A stretch of 38,161 nucleotides of DNA from positions 1 to 38,161 of the forward strand of contig CALHIA010000092.1 in assembly GCA_938030585.1 (NCBI GenBank), given 5' to 3'. This document shows positions 20,112 to 29,382 of the stretch, piece after piece. Source of the stretch: an uncultured Candidatus Saccharibacteria bacterium (lineage in GTDB: Bacteria; Patescibacteriota; Saccharimonadia; Saccharimonadales; Saccharimonadaceae). The translations under genes and the position numbers were made by a program. Numbering within the stretch: the first letter of the stretch is position 1; every line of letters begins with the position of its first letter. Below the pieces are notes generated by a model, which searched no databases, had not been told where the DNA came from, and saw only the letters and a program-made list of their open reading frames with translations.

Positions 20112-20924
20112 TTAATGCGTTTGATTTTCGGCAGCAGAGGCCAGAACATTTTCAAATAGTACGCCAATAGTGAGTGGACCTACGCCACCGATTTTTGGAG
20201 TAATAGCGGAGATATCAGTACGGGCGCGAATTTCATCATTGATGTCGCCGAGGATCACTCCACCTTCACTGGCGGTACCGGCATCAACAATCACCGCACC
20301 CTCGCGAATCATTTCGGAAACGATAAGATGAGGGTTGCCCGTGGCGGTAATAATGACATCGTGATTTTTAAGTTCAGAAAAATCGGAACCACGATGAAAA
20401 ACTGAAACACGAAGATTGGAATTAGTGAACATGCGAATGAGTGGTTCGCCCACCAGACGACCACGGCCGACAATGGCGATTGATTTATTATTCAGTTCGA
20501 TACCGTAGCCAGTGAGAAGCCAGTTGATGGCGGTAGCAGTGGCGCTGTCGAAACGACTTTTGCCGGTCAAGCCGTCGACATCTTTTTCGGGAGCGATCAA
20601 TGCGACGAGTTCCTCAGTCCACTCCGGATTTCGCAAAGGAAGCTGCAAAATCACCGAAGAAACAGAGATATCTTGATTAGCAGATTCGATGGCAGACTGA
20701 ATAGCTTCTTTAGTAGGATTTACCACCTGATCAATCACCTCAATCTCGATATCTTCACCATAAGCTTTCTTCAGACTGACGTATTTTTCGATGACGGGAT
20801 TATTTGAATCACGAATAATGACTAATTTCGGATGGATTTTACGCGAACGGAGAGCCTTTACCTGATGAGCTTGACGTTCCTTAATAAATCCAACTAGTTC
20901 ACGACCGTTTAATTCTTTGACCAT
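20112..20924 (-). CDS. folD: Methylenetetrahydrofolate dehydrogenase/cyclohydrolase
   Basis: ILQLPL, PEKDVDG, VGRGRLVG, VIVDAG and TPKIGGVGPLT motifs. Confidence 0.93.
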   Translation of the reverse strand: MVKELNGRELVGFIKERQAHQVKALRSRKIHPKLVIIRDSNNPVIEKYVSLKKAYGEDIEIEVIDQVVNPTKEAIQSAIESANQDISVSSVILQLPLRNPEWTEELVALIAPEKDVDGLTGKSRFDSATATAINWLLTGYGIELNNKSIAIVGRGRLVGEPLIRMFTNSNLRVSVFHRGSDFSELKNHDVIITATGNPHLIVSEMIREGAVIVDAGTASEGGVILGDINDEIRARTDISAITPKIGGVGPLTIGVLFENVLASAAENQTH

Positions 20925-20932
20925 GGAGCTCC

Positions 20933-22027
20933 TTATTTAATTTCGTCCGGTTCTTGTTCGATCATTAAGCCGAATTTATCGAAGACAACTTTGGCAATCT
21001 CTGCGCGGGCGGCGGCGAGATCAGCATAGGTTTCGGCAGATTCATTAATCAAGATTAGGGCCGCTTTTTCACTAACTTTCATACCATGGAAGACCTGACC
21101 CTTAAGACCGGCATGTTCGAGGAGCCAACCAGAATTGACGAGGTTAGTACGTTTTTCCGGAGAATCTGGGCCAACTTCTTTGGCGTTGCGCCAAACTTCA
21201 ATACCGCGAGCCTCGGCGGCATCAGCCTCCTCATCGGTGAGATAGATATTCTTGAAGAAGCTACCGGCACTGGCGATTTTTTCTGGATCTGGAAGCTTAG
21301 AATTTCTCACTTCGCGAACCATACGAGCGATGTTGGTTGGTGAAAAATCGGTTTCTTGATGTTCGTCCACATAAGCTTGCAAGGAGCGGTAGAATGGTGG
21401 ATTGAGTTGACCTTTTTTCAAACGAATCACAATCGAATAGATAAAGTAACGGCCGACACTTTCACCGGAATTAAAGATAGACTTACGATAACTCATCTTC
21501 ATATCTTCAGCGAGAATGGTCTTAAAAGTTTTTTCCTGCAGGTCGTAAACATCAGCAGAAACAATCACCTGCGTGACTTCCTGGCCATAGGCGCCGATGT
21601 TCTGAACTGGAGAGGCACCAGCAGTGCCCGGAATACCAGCCATCGCTTCGATACCAGAATAGCCTAGAGCAGCAGTGAAATTGACTAAGGAATCCCAAAT
21701 TTCACCACCATTAGCACGGAAATAGCCATAGCCTTCTTTTTCAGCCTCAGCTTTGACTTCAGTGCCGTAAGCGGCTTCGATTTCCTCAGGGGAAAGCTGC
21801 GAAATGCCGAGAATTCGATCGAGCAAAATCACACCTTGATAACCTGCATCAGTGGCGAAGGTATTAGCGCCATTACCAAGAATGGTAACTGGAAGATTTT
21901 TTGCAGCGGCGAATTGATAAGCTTCTGGAATTTCATCTTTAGACTTGATCTCGATGACATATTTGGCTGGACCACCAATACGCATGGTGACAAGATTTTT
22001 AATCGGGACATTTTCGGAAATTAACAT
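20933..22027 (-). CDS. murB: UDP-N-acetylenolpyruvoylglucosamine reductase
   Basis: TMRIGGPA, GIPGTAGASPVQNIGAYG, YRKSIF and SAGSFFKN motifs. Confidence 0.96.
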   Translation of the reverse strand: MLISENVPIKNLVTMRIGGPAKYVIEIKSKDEIPEAYQFAAAKNLPVTILGNGANTFATDAGYQGVILLDRILGISQLSPEEIEAAYGTEVKAEAEKEGYGYFRANGGEIWDSLVNFTAALGYSGIEAMAGIPGTAGASPVQNIGAYGQEVTQVIVSADVYDLQEKTFKTILAEDMKMSYRKSIFNSGESVGRYFIYSIVIRLKKGQLNPPFYRSLQAYVDEHQETDFSPTNIARMVREVRNSKLPDPEKIASAGSFFKNIYLTDEEADAAEARGIEVWRNAKEVGPDSPEKRTNLVNSGWLLEHAGLKGQVFHGMKVSEKAALILINESAETYADLAAARAEIAKVVFDKFGLMIEQEPDEIK

Positions 22028-22143
22028 TTATTCTCCTTGTTTTTATTAAGTTTAGTAGTGGTTTAAAATTCAAAAATAACTAAATCATTACTTTTATTTT
22101 AACATAAACAAATCCCGACCTCTCATGTTAAAATAGATGAGTA

Positions 22144-22869
22144 ATGTTTGAAATTCATGAAGTATTCAGGTTTGTAAGCTTCTGGTTTTTGATGTTCATT
22201 ATCTATTCTTTTATCGGCTGGGTCTTCGAATGTATTTGGACGAGTGTCGAGCAACGAAAATTACAGAACCGAGGTTTCCTTTTCGGACCAATCTGTCCAA
22301 TATATGGCGTGGGAATGATCTCATTTTTAATCCTGACACAAGAAATTCATTTCGAATGGTATATTGAATTTTTTATTTTCGCTCTAATCTGCACAGTGAT
22401 TGAATACACCACTAGTGTGGTAATGGAAAAAATCTTTCGGGTGCGTTGGTGGGATTACTCAGAAACCACACGTTTTAACCTAAACGGCCGCGTTTCCCTC
22501 GAGACTTCTCTTGGTTTTGGACTGGGCGGGATGGCAATTAAATATGGACTACATCCATTTATTTTACATTTGATTTCGCCACTTTCCTGGCCAATGATTG
22601 AATCGATTAATGGGGTACTACTGGCAATTTTAGTGATTGATATTATTTTTACCACTGTGGCGACATTGAAATTACGTGATAAATTCAGTGCCAAATTTGG
22701 CTCTACTAAAATTGATGTAACTTCTGAAATTAAAAAGCTGACCCGTGAATATTATTCGCGTGCGGCTAGATTTAGACGTCATATGACAAAAGCAGCAATG
22801 GAAAATATCCAAAAAACTCATAAAAATATTGGCAACAAAATCAATTCGATTACTAAGCCGAAGAAGTAG
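22144..22869 (+). CDS. Putative ABC-transporter permease (CmpB/DUF1113-like)
   Basis: YSFIGWVFE, NRGFLFGPICPIYG and RWWDYS...NLNGRV motifs. About 5 TM helices. Confidence 0.85.
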   Translation: MFEIHEVFRFVSFWFLMFIIYSFIGWVFECIWTSVEQRKLQNRGFLFGPICPIYGVGMISFLILTQEIHFEWYIEFFIFALICTVIEYTTSVVMEKIFRVRWWDYSETTRFNLNGRVSLETSLGFGLGGMAIKYGLHPFILHLISPLSWPMIESINGVLLAILVIDIIFTTVATLKLRDKFSAKFGSTKIDVTSEIKKLTREYYSRAARFRRHMTKAAMENIQKTHKNIGNKINSITKPKK

Positions 22870-22870
22870 G

Positions 22871-24439
22871 CTATTCTACCTTAAGATATTTCTCAAAATG
22901 CGAAAGATAGTAGGTGGTAAAATCCTGACGAAACTTTCGACGCAGCTCTTTGATAAAACTCGACTCCTTGCCATCAACAGTCAAAAGTATCACCTGCTTT
23001 TTGGCGCGAGTGAGCGCGACGTAAAAGAGGCGACGCTCTTCATTGACTGAAACCTGGTCTAGTCTTAATTCTTCTGCGATTTTTATTAGTTCAGTCTTCA
23101 GTGGCGGATCCTTGACGTGAGCTGGAAAGCCCAGCTTAGCATCGCGATTATTAAGGACAATCACATAATCAGTCTCCAGGCCTTTAGATTGGTGCACGGT
23201 AAGAAAACGAATTTTTAGATCTGGCCGCGTTTGAAATTCTATACTATCTGAGGTTAGCTTAAACTGAGTACAATGAAGAAGACGAAGCCGGTCAATCTGG
23301 AAACGCCCGAGCAGTAAGATTGAACTATCTCGTGGCAGAGATTCAAAATAGTGCGTCAGGACTTCGAGATCGAGTCGCTCCGAATCACCAGAGATTTCCA
23401 CGACCGGCTCTAGCGCGTCTTCTTTTTGGCTTTGAATTTGTTTTCGAATTTGAGTATGGTCCTGCATGATGAAGCTCGAACTTAGACCCGCAAGCGTGGG
23501 GCCGAAACGATAGGTTTTCGAGATACGATGCAAGGAAAAATCACCCCAAAATCGACGGAAATTCAAAGTAAAATCGACGCGACTACCGCTGAAGCCATAA
23601 ATCGCCTGCCATTCATCACCTACGGCAAATAGATTAGCCTGCGAAGATTCAAGAAGGAGACGGAGAAATTCCTGACGGAGTGCCGAGAGATCCTGATATT
23701 CATCGACAATGATGTAGCGAAACCGAGTTTTAATCTGACCAGAGCGAAGATACCGAATTGCTAATTTGATCAGCCCAGAAAACGTAGTTTGATGTTTTTC
23801 TAGGAGACTGGATAATTCCCTTTGATATTGCTCGAAGACTGTAAGAAATAATTTACGGTATTCCTCTGAAGAAAATTTACTAGCAATCTGTGCTACGGTC
23901 TCGGGTGCCAATTCATGCAGATCGAGAAATTCGCGAATAATCGAAGTCTGTATGGTAAGCTCATTAGAACCAGAAATTACATTATCAGTTATTTCCGAAA
24001 CGGGCTGCTCGTTATCTATTTCATTTGTAGTGACAGAAAAATCTGGCCAGAGACTACGAAGTAATTTCAGAGCTAAACTATGAAAAGTCTCAATTGTAAT
24101 GTTCGGTGACAGAGATTTTCTGAGCAAAATCTGTTCCGCAAATGTTTGATAATATTCGCGCAGAAAACGTTCTCTGAGTTCCGTGGCGGAATCATGTGTA
24201 AAAGATAAAACTAATATTTCTGGTGGACTAGCGAAACCGGATTGCAATGTCGGTTCATATAAATGGATGATTGCCCGACCCGTGGTGGTTTTACCAGAAC
24301 CGGCGCCAGCTACGACTAGATTAAATCTAGCGGGGTCATAAATCGATTTGCGTTGTTCTCTATCGAGAGGGTGATTTTCGACGCGAAAATCCGGGGGCAG
24401 AGCATCGAGGGATTTATTTTTGAATAAGTTTTTTAACAT
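22871..24439 (-). CDS. Short UvrD-family (helicase IV-like) SF1 helicase
   Basis: AGAGSGKT, LSFT, TFHSLA, VDEYQD, AVGDEWQAIY, TYRF, TVHQSKGLE and EERRLFYVALTRA motifs. Confidence 0.88.
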   Translation of the reverse strand: MLKNLFKNKSLDALPPDFRVENHPLDREQRKSIYDPARFNLVVAGAGSGKTTTGRAIIHLYEPTLQSGFASPPEILVLSFTHDSATELRERFLREYYQTFAEQILLRKSLSPNITIETFHSLALKLLRSLWPDFSVTTNEIDNEQPVSEITDNVISGSNELTIQTSIIREFLDLHELAPETVAQIASKFSSEEYRKLFLTVFEQYQRELSSLLEKHQTTFSGLIKLAIRYLRSGQIKTRFRYIIVDEYQDLSALRQEFLRLLLESSQANLFAVGDEWQAIYGFSGSRVDFTLNFRRFWGDFSLHRISKTYRFGPTLAGLSSSFIMQDHTQIRKQIQSQKEDALEPVVEISGDSERLDLEVLTHYFESLPRDSSILLLGRFQIDRLRLLHCTQFKLTSDSIEFQTRPDLKIRFLTVHQSKGLETDYVIVLNNRDAKLGFPAHVKDPPLKTELIKIAEELRLDQVSVNEERRLFYVALTRAKKQVILLTVDGKESSFIKELRRKFRQDFTTYYLSHFEKYLKVE

Positions 24440-24597
24440 ATTTGGCTCCTTTTTAATTTAAGAGCCAAGATTATTTGAAAATTAAGAAAACAGCGGATGC
24501 GACAGGAATTTTAAAAAATCTGAATGCTTATTCAAGAACTACCGCGTTGATAATTAATTTAACAAAAAATCATAGCTCTCACTATGATCTAATCTTG

Positions 24598-24683
24598 TGG
24601 TGCCCGAAACAGGACTTGAACCTGCACCTAGAAGCTAGACTAGCACCTGAAGCTAGCGCGTCTGCCAATTCCGCCATTCGGGC
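24598..24683 (-). tRNA. tRNA-Leu (CAG)
   Basis: GCCCGAA/TTCGGGC acceptor stem, GGCGGAATTGGCAGACGC D arm, CTAGC-TTCAGGT-GCTAG anticodon arm, long variable arm, GTTCAAGTC, encoded CCA. Confidence 0.97.
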
Positions 24684-24761
24684 TTGAGATAATTATACCC
24701 CAAACCCGGCGGTTCGTGAACTAGAAAGAATTTTGATTTCTTCTGAGTCTCAAAGAAGCAA

Positions 24762-27700
24762 TTAGAGATTCTTCGTAAATTGGTTTTTACTGGCGTTGAA
24801 GGTATCACCGTTATTATTGATGTATATAATATCACCGGCATTATTTTTAATTTGGCGATATTCGCCAAAATCAGCAGGGGCTCGATAAACTGTAGCTTCG
24901 CTTCCAGTACTTCGAACATTAATTGTGGTCTGATTCATCATATCAGCAATTTTACCCTGAGCCTCATGTACCATTTCGTACTTAGCACCATCAAGACCAT
25001 TGATAATATCTGGATTTTTAATACCAGTTTCAGCCAATTGATTAAGAGCGGCATTAAATCTTGCGTCCCCAGTAGCCTTCAATTCCGAAGCATCAGCATT
25101 TGACATGGCATTAAGTTTATCACCATTAATATTGCTAAGCGCAAATTCAGTTCCTTCTGCACGAAGCTGATTAGCTAGACCTTCAACCGTATCTTCACCG
25201 GTTGCCTGACTGGTGCCCCTAAGTGACGTTAACTGACCAGTTAATACTTGATGCTTATCGGCAAAACCAGGAATGCTCGAACTAGCATGATCAAGTTGTG
25301 TCATAGCACGCCCAGAAGTTTTTAGGTTTGAATCTGCCATCATACCATTGATAAGCTTTTGTCCACTTTTTGTAGCACCAACAACCCTGGTAAGTGCGCG
25401 AATTCTACTGTCATGGGCTTCTTTTTCTTGATCCGTAGCACCTTTATATGATTTTTCCATTTCTTTCTTCAACTCAGCCGCAAGCTCATCTTCTGATTTT
25501 CCACTATTTCGATAGCTACTCATAAGAATCTTATCCTGGTATTCCATAGCTTCGTCTTTGGCAAGATTCTCGAGATTTTTAAAACCACTGCCACTAAAAT
25601 TACTTAAAGCAGTACTAGCAGCATAATCACCACCAGCACGCATTTTAGAATCTTTATTGAGAATTTCTACAGCTCTAGCACGATCTCGCATCTGACCAGA
25701 AGTAAGCGTTTTACCTGATCTTTTCATGTTATTGTAACCACGTAATTTTTCTTCAGCACGCTTGACTTCTCTGTCTGCAGCAAAATTGTTCTTTGCATTT
25801 CTGTAGAATTCAGAAGAAGCAATAGCCCCACCTGCCATACTTGCGCCCTTGAGAGCTCCGCCACGCATCTTATCGAAGGCGCCAGTAATACTACCGAGCC
25901 CTGCAAGAGATTTTGAAGTCATGGATGGGATTGCGAAGTAAGGAAGAACGTTCAGTAATCCACCCACAATCATCATAAGAATATCAGTACTGGTACCAAT
26001 AATAATCGAGGAAGCAAGCGCACCAGCAGAGGTTGCAAAGATAAACATCGGATAAAGCATCAGAAGTGCTTTGACGGTAGAAATATATTTCTTAGTTATC
26101 GCAGCAGTATTCGGTAAAGCATATAAGACCATCATGAGTGGGGCAAGTACAACTACCATTATAATAGCAGCCTGACGAATAGTTAACATAATAAAACCAA
26201 AGAAGACTGATATCAATGTCGTAACAATAAACATCACTACCGGAAGAATAATTGCTGGACCAGCAAGTGCTCCGGTCGCTACCCCAATACCAGCAAGACC
26301 ACCTGCAACTCCAGTTACACTTCCAGCGATAGCAGATATAATTGCAGATGCTCTAGTGGAGGCATCAGCATCCATGCCATCAGCAGCTACCGACCTAATA
26401 AGTGCCCCAATACCATTACCGGCAATTTGAGAAAGGTCAATTAAGACACCCATAATTAAATATGAGAAATTAACCAGGATTGCAGTAATGATAAGCTTTG
26501 GTAATATTTTCTTAATGTTGTAATTAGAGATACCAATATTAGTCACCTGAGAAAACACTACTACGAGTAGCATAATCACAAAACCGATATTGGCAATATT
26601 ACGGAAGGCGGACCAGGCCTTATAGATGGATGAATCCTGCTTAGAGAATTGCTCAATGATAGAAGTATGTACAGTAGTAAGGCTAGTAATAAAACCAAGA
26701 AGTCCACCAGCCGTAGCTGCACCATCGGCAATGGCCGGACAAAGCATCCAAGAAAGGAAACCGCCGTTTTCCTGACAATAGCTTTGCTTCTCATCGGCAG
26801 TTCCATCATCAGTAGATGAGTCGCCTGTTTCAATTTGATTCTCCAAATGTTCCGTTTCTAAACATTTTTCACCACCATTACCATCATCGACAGTGAACTT
26901 ATTGTCCGCTAGTGCTTTTTGCAGAGTTTCATATTCCTGTTTTTCGGCATCTGAGAGAGTCTCACCCTCGTCATACATTTTATGCTCATACCCCTCAACA
27001 ATTCCCCTAGCCTGAGTTTTAGTTTTTTCTGATCCACATGCACTCTCTTCCTGAACTTTTATTTTTTTAGTTTCAATACATTTTCTTCCACCATTGCCAT
27101 CATCTTCAGTAAAATCTTTCTTTTGTAGAGCACTAGAAAGTTTTGTATATTCAGCCTTTTCATCTGCTGTTAAGACAGCGCCAGCTCCTTCTCGACGACT
27201 ATATTCAGTCACAGTATCAGTCACGGCCTGAATCATTTCGGGACTACCACAAGTGTCTTGTTTAGCTGTTTTGAAATTTGCGGCATAGAATTCAGCATTT
27301 TTATTTAAAATATCTGAGAGATCCTTGCAGCTCTTTGATTTATTAATATTGCCACCGTTATTGCTATAGACAAAGGATGTAGCATCAACGTCCTTACCAT
27401 CGCCACCAAATTTTATTTTTGGATATTTTTCAGACACCTTACCGTCTTTATCTACAATTTTTACCGAATAACTAGCTGCTTGGTTAGTCTTTTTATCTTC
27501 GAATCCAGAAACACAATCACTATTGAACGCATTTAATGCAGCTAGGTAATCGAGGTTTGCGTTTATATTATCCTTTTCAATATTTTCAAATTTTTCAGCA
27601 AAAACATTGCCGCTCATGCGCTTTTCATAAATTGACTTGAGTGTAGGAATACCGGTTGTTTTATTTCTCTGAAATGCACCGTTAGGAATACCTTCTGCAC

Positions 27701-28301
27701 AATTATCGGTTTTTTCTGCATGAATTGTAGACCCTCTCCTTGCACCACCAGTAATCTTGACATGACTAAAGAGTCCATCTGCTTTCTGATTACAGAATAA
27801 ATCCGAAATACTGCCGCCTGGCTTAAAAAAATCAACAAACTCTTTAGTTATATTGGACGAACTTGAATCATCACAATAGGCCTTACCATCATGTTTACTT
27901 CCTTCTATAGATTGCTCAAGACTACCAACTCTAATCTTTATATGGTCACTATTATCATCACCCTGTAATCCAAGGTCACTAAAGTCACGAAATAGATTTC
28001 CCTTATTTTTTTCAATCTCTTTTAGACTTGTTCGATCTTGTTTTTTTGCCACATCTTTTTGACTTCTAGCCCTAGGAGTATAAGTTAATTCAGCTTTTTC
28101 ATAGCATTTTTTAAACGCCGCCATAATTGTGCGAGCCTTAATAGCATCATTAACTAACCCCTCAACCTTATCCGCTGGAGCAGAAATTATGGTAACATTC
28201 TTTGCAGCAAATACAGTAGAAGTAGTATACAAAACTAGGTTCAATATCAAGATTGAAACCAAAACAACAAGACTAATTCGATATTTTTTATTTTTCATCA
28301 C
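24762..28301 (-). CDS. Large membrane protein with central TrbL/VirB6-like multi-TM domain and Cys-rich extracellular N-terminus
   Basis: Signal peptide, WMLCP, WSAFRNIAN...KKILPKLII...LVNFSY, and RQAAIIMVVVLAPL pattern typical of CPR VirB6-like proteins (family recalled, not searched). True start may be the ATG ending at 28298. Confidence 0.75.
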   Translation of the reverse strand: MMKNKKYRISLVVLVSILILNLVLYTTSTVFAAKNVTIISAPADKVEGLVNDAIKARTIMAAFKKCYEKAELTYTPRARSQKDVAKKQDRTSLKEIEKNKGNLFRDFSDLGLQGDDNSDHIKIRVGSLEQSIEGSKHDGKAYCDDSSSSNITKEFVDFFKPGGSISDLFCNQKADGLFSHVKITGGARRGSTIHAEKTDNCAEGIPNGAFQRNKTTGIPTLKSIYEKRMSGNVFAEKFENIEKDNINANLDYLAALNAFNSDCVSGFEDKKTNQAASYSVKIVDKDGKVSEKYPKIKFGGDGKDVDATSFVYSNNGGNINKSKSCKDLSDILNKNAEFYAANFKTAKQDTCGSPEMIQAVTDTVTEYSRREGAGAVLTADEKAEYTKLSSALQKKDFTEDDGNGGRKCIETKKIKVQEESACGSEKTKTQARGIVEGYEHKMYDEGETLSDAEKQEYETLQKALADNKFTVDDGNGGEKCLETEHLENQIETGDSSTDDGTADEKQSYCQENGGFLSWMLCPAIADGAATAGGLLGFITSLTTVHTSIIEQFSKQDSSIYKAWSAFRNIANIGFVIMLLVVVFSQVTNIGISNYNIKKILPKLIITAILVNFSYLIMGVLIDLSQIAGNGIGALIRSVAADGMDADASTRASAIISAIAGSVTGVAGGLAGIGVATGALAGPAIILPVVMFIVTTLISVFFGFIMLTIRQAAIIMVVVLAPLMMVLYALPNTAAITKKYISTVKALLMLYPMFIFATSAGALASSIIIGTSTDILMMIVGGLLNVLPYFAIPSMTSKSLAGLGSITGAFDKMRGGALKGASMAGGAIASSEFYRNAKNNFAADREVKRAEEKLRGYNNMKRSGKTLTSGQMRDRARAVEILNKDSKMRAGGDYAASTALSNFSGSGFKNLENLAKDEAMEYQDKILMSSYRNSGKSEDELAAELKKEMEKSYKGATDQEKEAHDSRIRALTRVVGATKSGQKLINGMMADSNLKTSGRAMTQLDHASSSIPGFADKHQVLTGQLTSLRGTSQATGEDTVEGLANQLRAEGTEFALSNINGDKLNAMSNADASELKATGDARFNAALNQLAETGIKNPDIINGLDGAKYEMVHEAQGKIADMMNQTTINVRSTGSEATVYRAPADFGEYRQIKNNAGDIIYINNNGDTFNASKNQFTKNL
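26830..27251 (-). repeat. Two tandem ~71-aa Cys-bracketed repeats inside the VirB6-like protein
   Basis: CGS...EKxEY..L..AL....FT.DDGNGG.KC.ET occurs twice. The first Cys codons are at 27251 and 27038 (213-nt period). Confidence 0.85.
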
Positions 28302-29141
28302 CTACCTCACGCCTACAATGCATTTACTTATATATTCACTGATATTATTTTGATTCTTGTAACCTGGAAGACTATAGACAGAAGAGAATACTTTTTTTAG
28401 ACTATTGTTTTCAATATTTTTTATTACATTTTCGACCTGCTTAGATTGCTCTTCACAATTATCACCACCCAACACATCGGATCCATCAAAATAACATGTG
28501 TCATTATCAATCAATTCATTTAAGTGCTTATTATATGAAATTAACTCAGTAAAATTTTCATATAATGCCTTATATGAAATATTGTCAGCAGAGGAATACT
28601 TCGATATAGTATCTATATCATTGCTTTGAAAAGCTTGATAAAAATCTTCATATACGGCTATAGCATTTATATATGGATTATATCTTTCATCAAGCTTCTT
28701 TTTTAATTCAGAGAATATTTTCCTACTTGCCTCATTACCATCAAAGTTTTTCTTAACTGTTAGTAAATTTTTAAGCTTCTCAAGAGACCCCTTCGACTCT
28801 TTTATACTTTGGCTTTTTGACTCATCAAAGACCATTTCAAACGTTAAATTATTATTATAAGTATTAAAAAATAATTTTTCTAGATTATTTATTTTCTCCA
28901 TATCATCAGATTCATAAAAGGTAGTCAATTCTTCCTTGCTCATATTTTTTGAGTCGATAACCGTTTTCTTAAAAAGAAAACTCAAGAGAAAAACAAAAAG
29001 TAGACCAACTAAGCCAAAGACAACATACTTCTTCAGATTCTTCCCCTTAGGTTTGGTAGCATAGGCGTTTGGGATAATGATGTCGGAAAAATCACCACCT
29101 TGTGGAGCGGAAGTAAAAGATTTGTTTGTATTTTGGTCCAT
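28302..29141 (-). CDS. Hypothetical single-pass membrane protein, very AT-rich
   Basis: 279-aa ORF with one TM near the N-terminus and a helical K/N-rich body. Abuts the downstream gene. Confidence 0.8.
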   Translation of the reverse strand: MDQNTNKSFTSAPQGGDFSDIIIPNAYATKPKGKNLKKYVVFGLVGLLFVFLLSFLFKKTVIDSKNMSKEELTTFYESDDMEKINNLEKLFFNTYNNNLTFEMVFDESKSQSIKESKGSLEKLKNLLTVKKNFDGNEASRKIFSELKKKLDERYNPYINAIAVYEDFYQAFQSNDIDTISKYSSADNISYKALYENFTELISYNKHLNELIDNDTCYFDGSDVLGGDNCEEQSKQVENVIKNIENNSLKKVFSSVYSLPGYKNQNNISEYISKCIVGVR

Positions 29142-29180
29142 TTGGTTAAATTATAACATAAGAGTTTTAAAAAACCACCA

Positions 29181-29208
29181 AAAAACTCCAGCCGAGACTG
29201 GAGTTTTT
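29181..29208 (-). terminator. Intrinsic terminator
   Basis: aaaaactccag-ccgaga-ctggagttttt hairpin. Confidence 0.85.
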
Positions 29209-29213
29209 GGATG

Positions 29214-29368
29214 GACTTCGTAGGTTGTTTCAATGATAATACATTTTTAACTCAAGACGTATTTTATTATCATCACGCAGTTTTCAACCATTTAGCTTGG
29301 GCCTCCCCGCTCAATAATTCAAGCAGGAAGGCTTATCCGAAGCTAAGTATTGACGTCCTAAGAAAATC
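29214..29368 (-). ncRNA. Unidentified structured RNA element (3' UTR or ncRNA)
   Basis: 14-bp hairpin at 29301-29332 with four G-U pairs that exist only on the minus strand, enclosed by ttagctt/aagctaa. A second arm has atgataata/tattatcat and ggttg/caacc. Lies just before the terminator. Confidence 0.6.
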
Positions 29369-29382
29369 TTCGGAGCGGTCAA

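Noticed and set aside
22030..24600. Genomic island integrated at the tRNA-Leu 3' end
   Set aside because: No duplicate of the tRNA 3' end and no integrase found.
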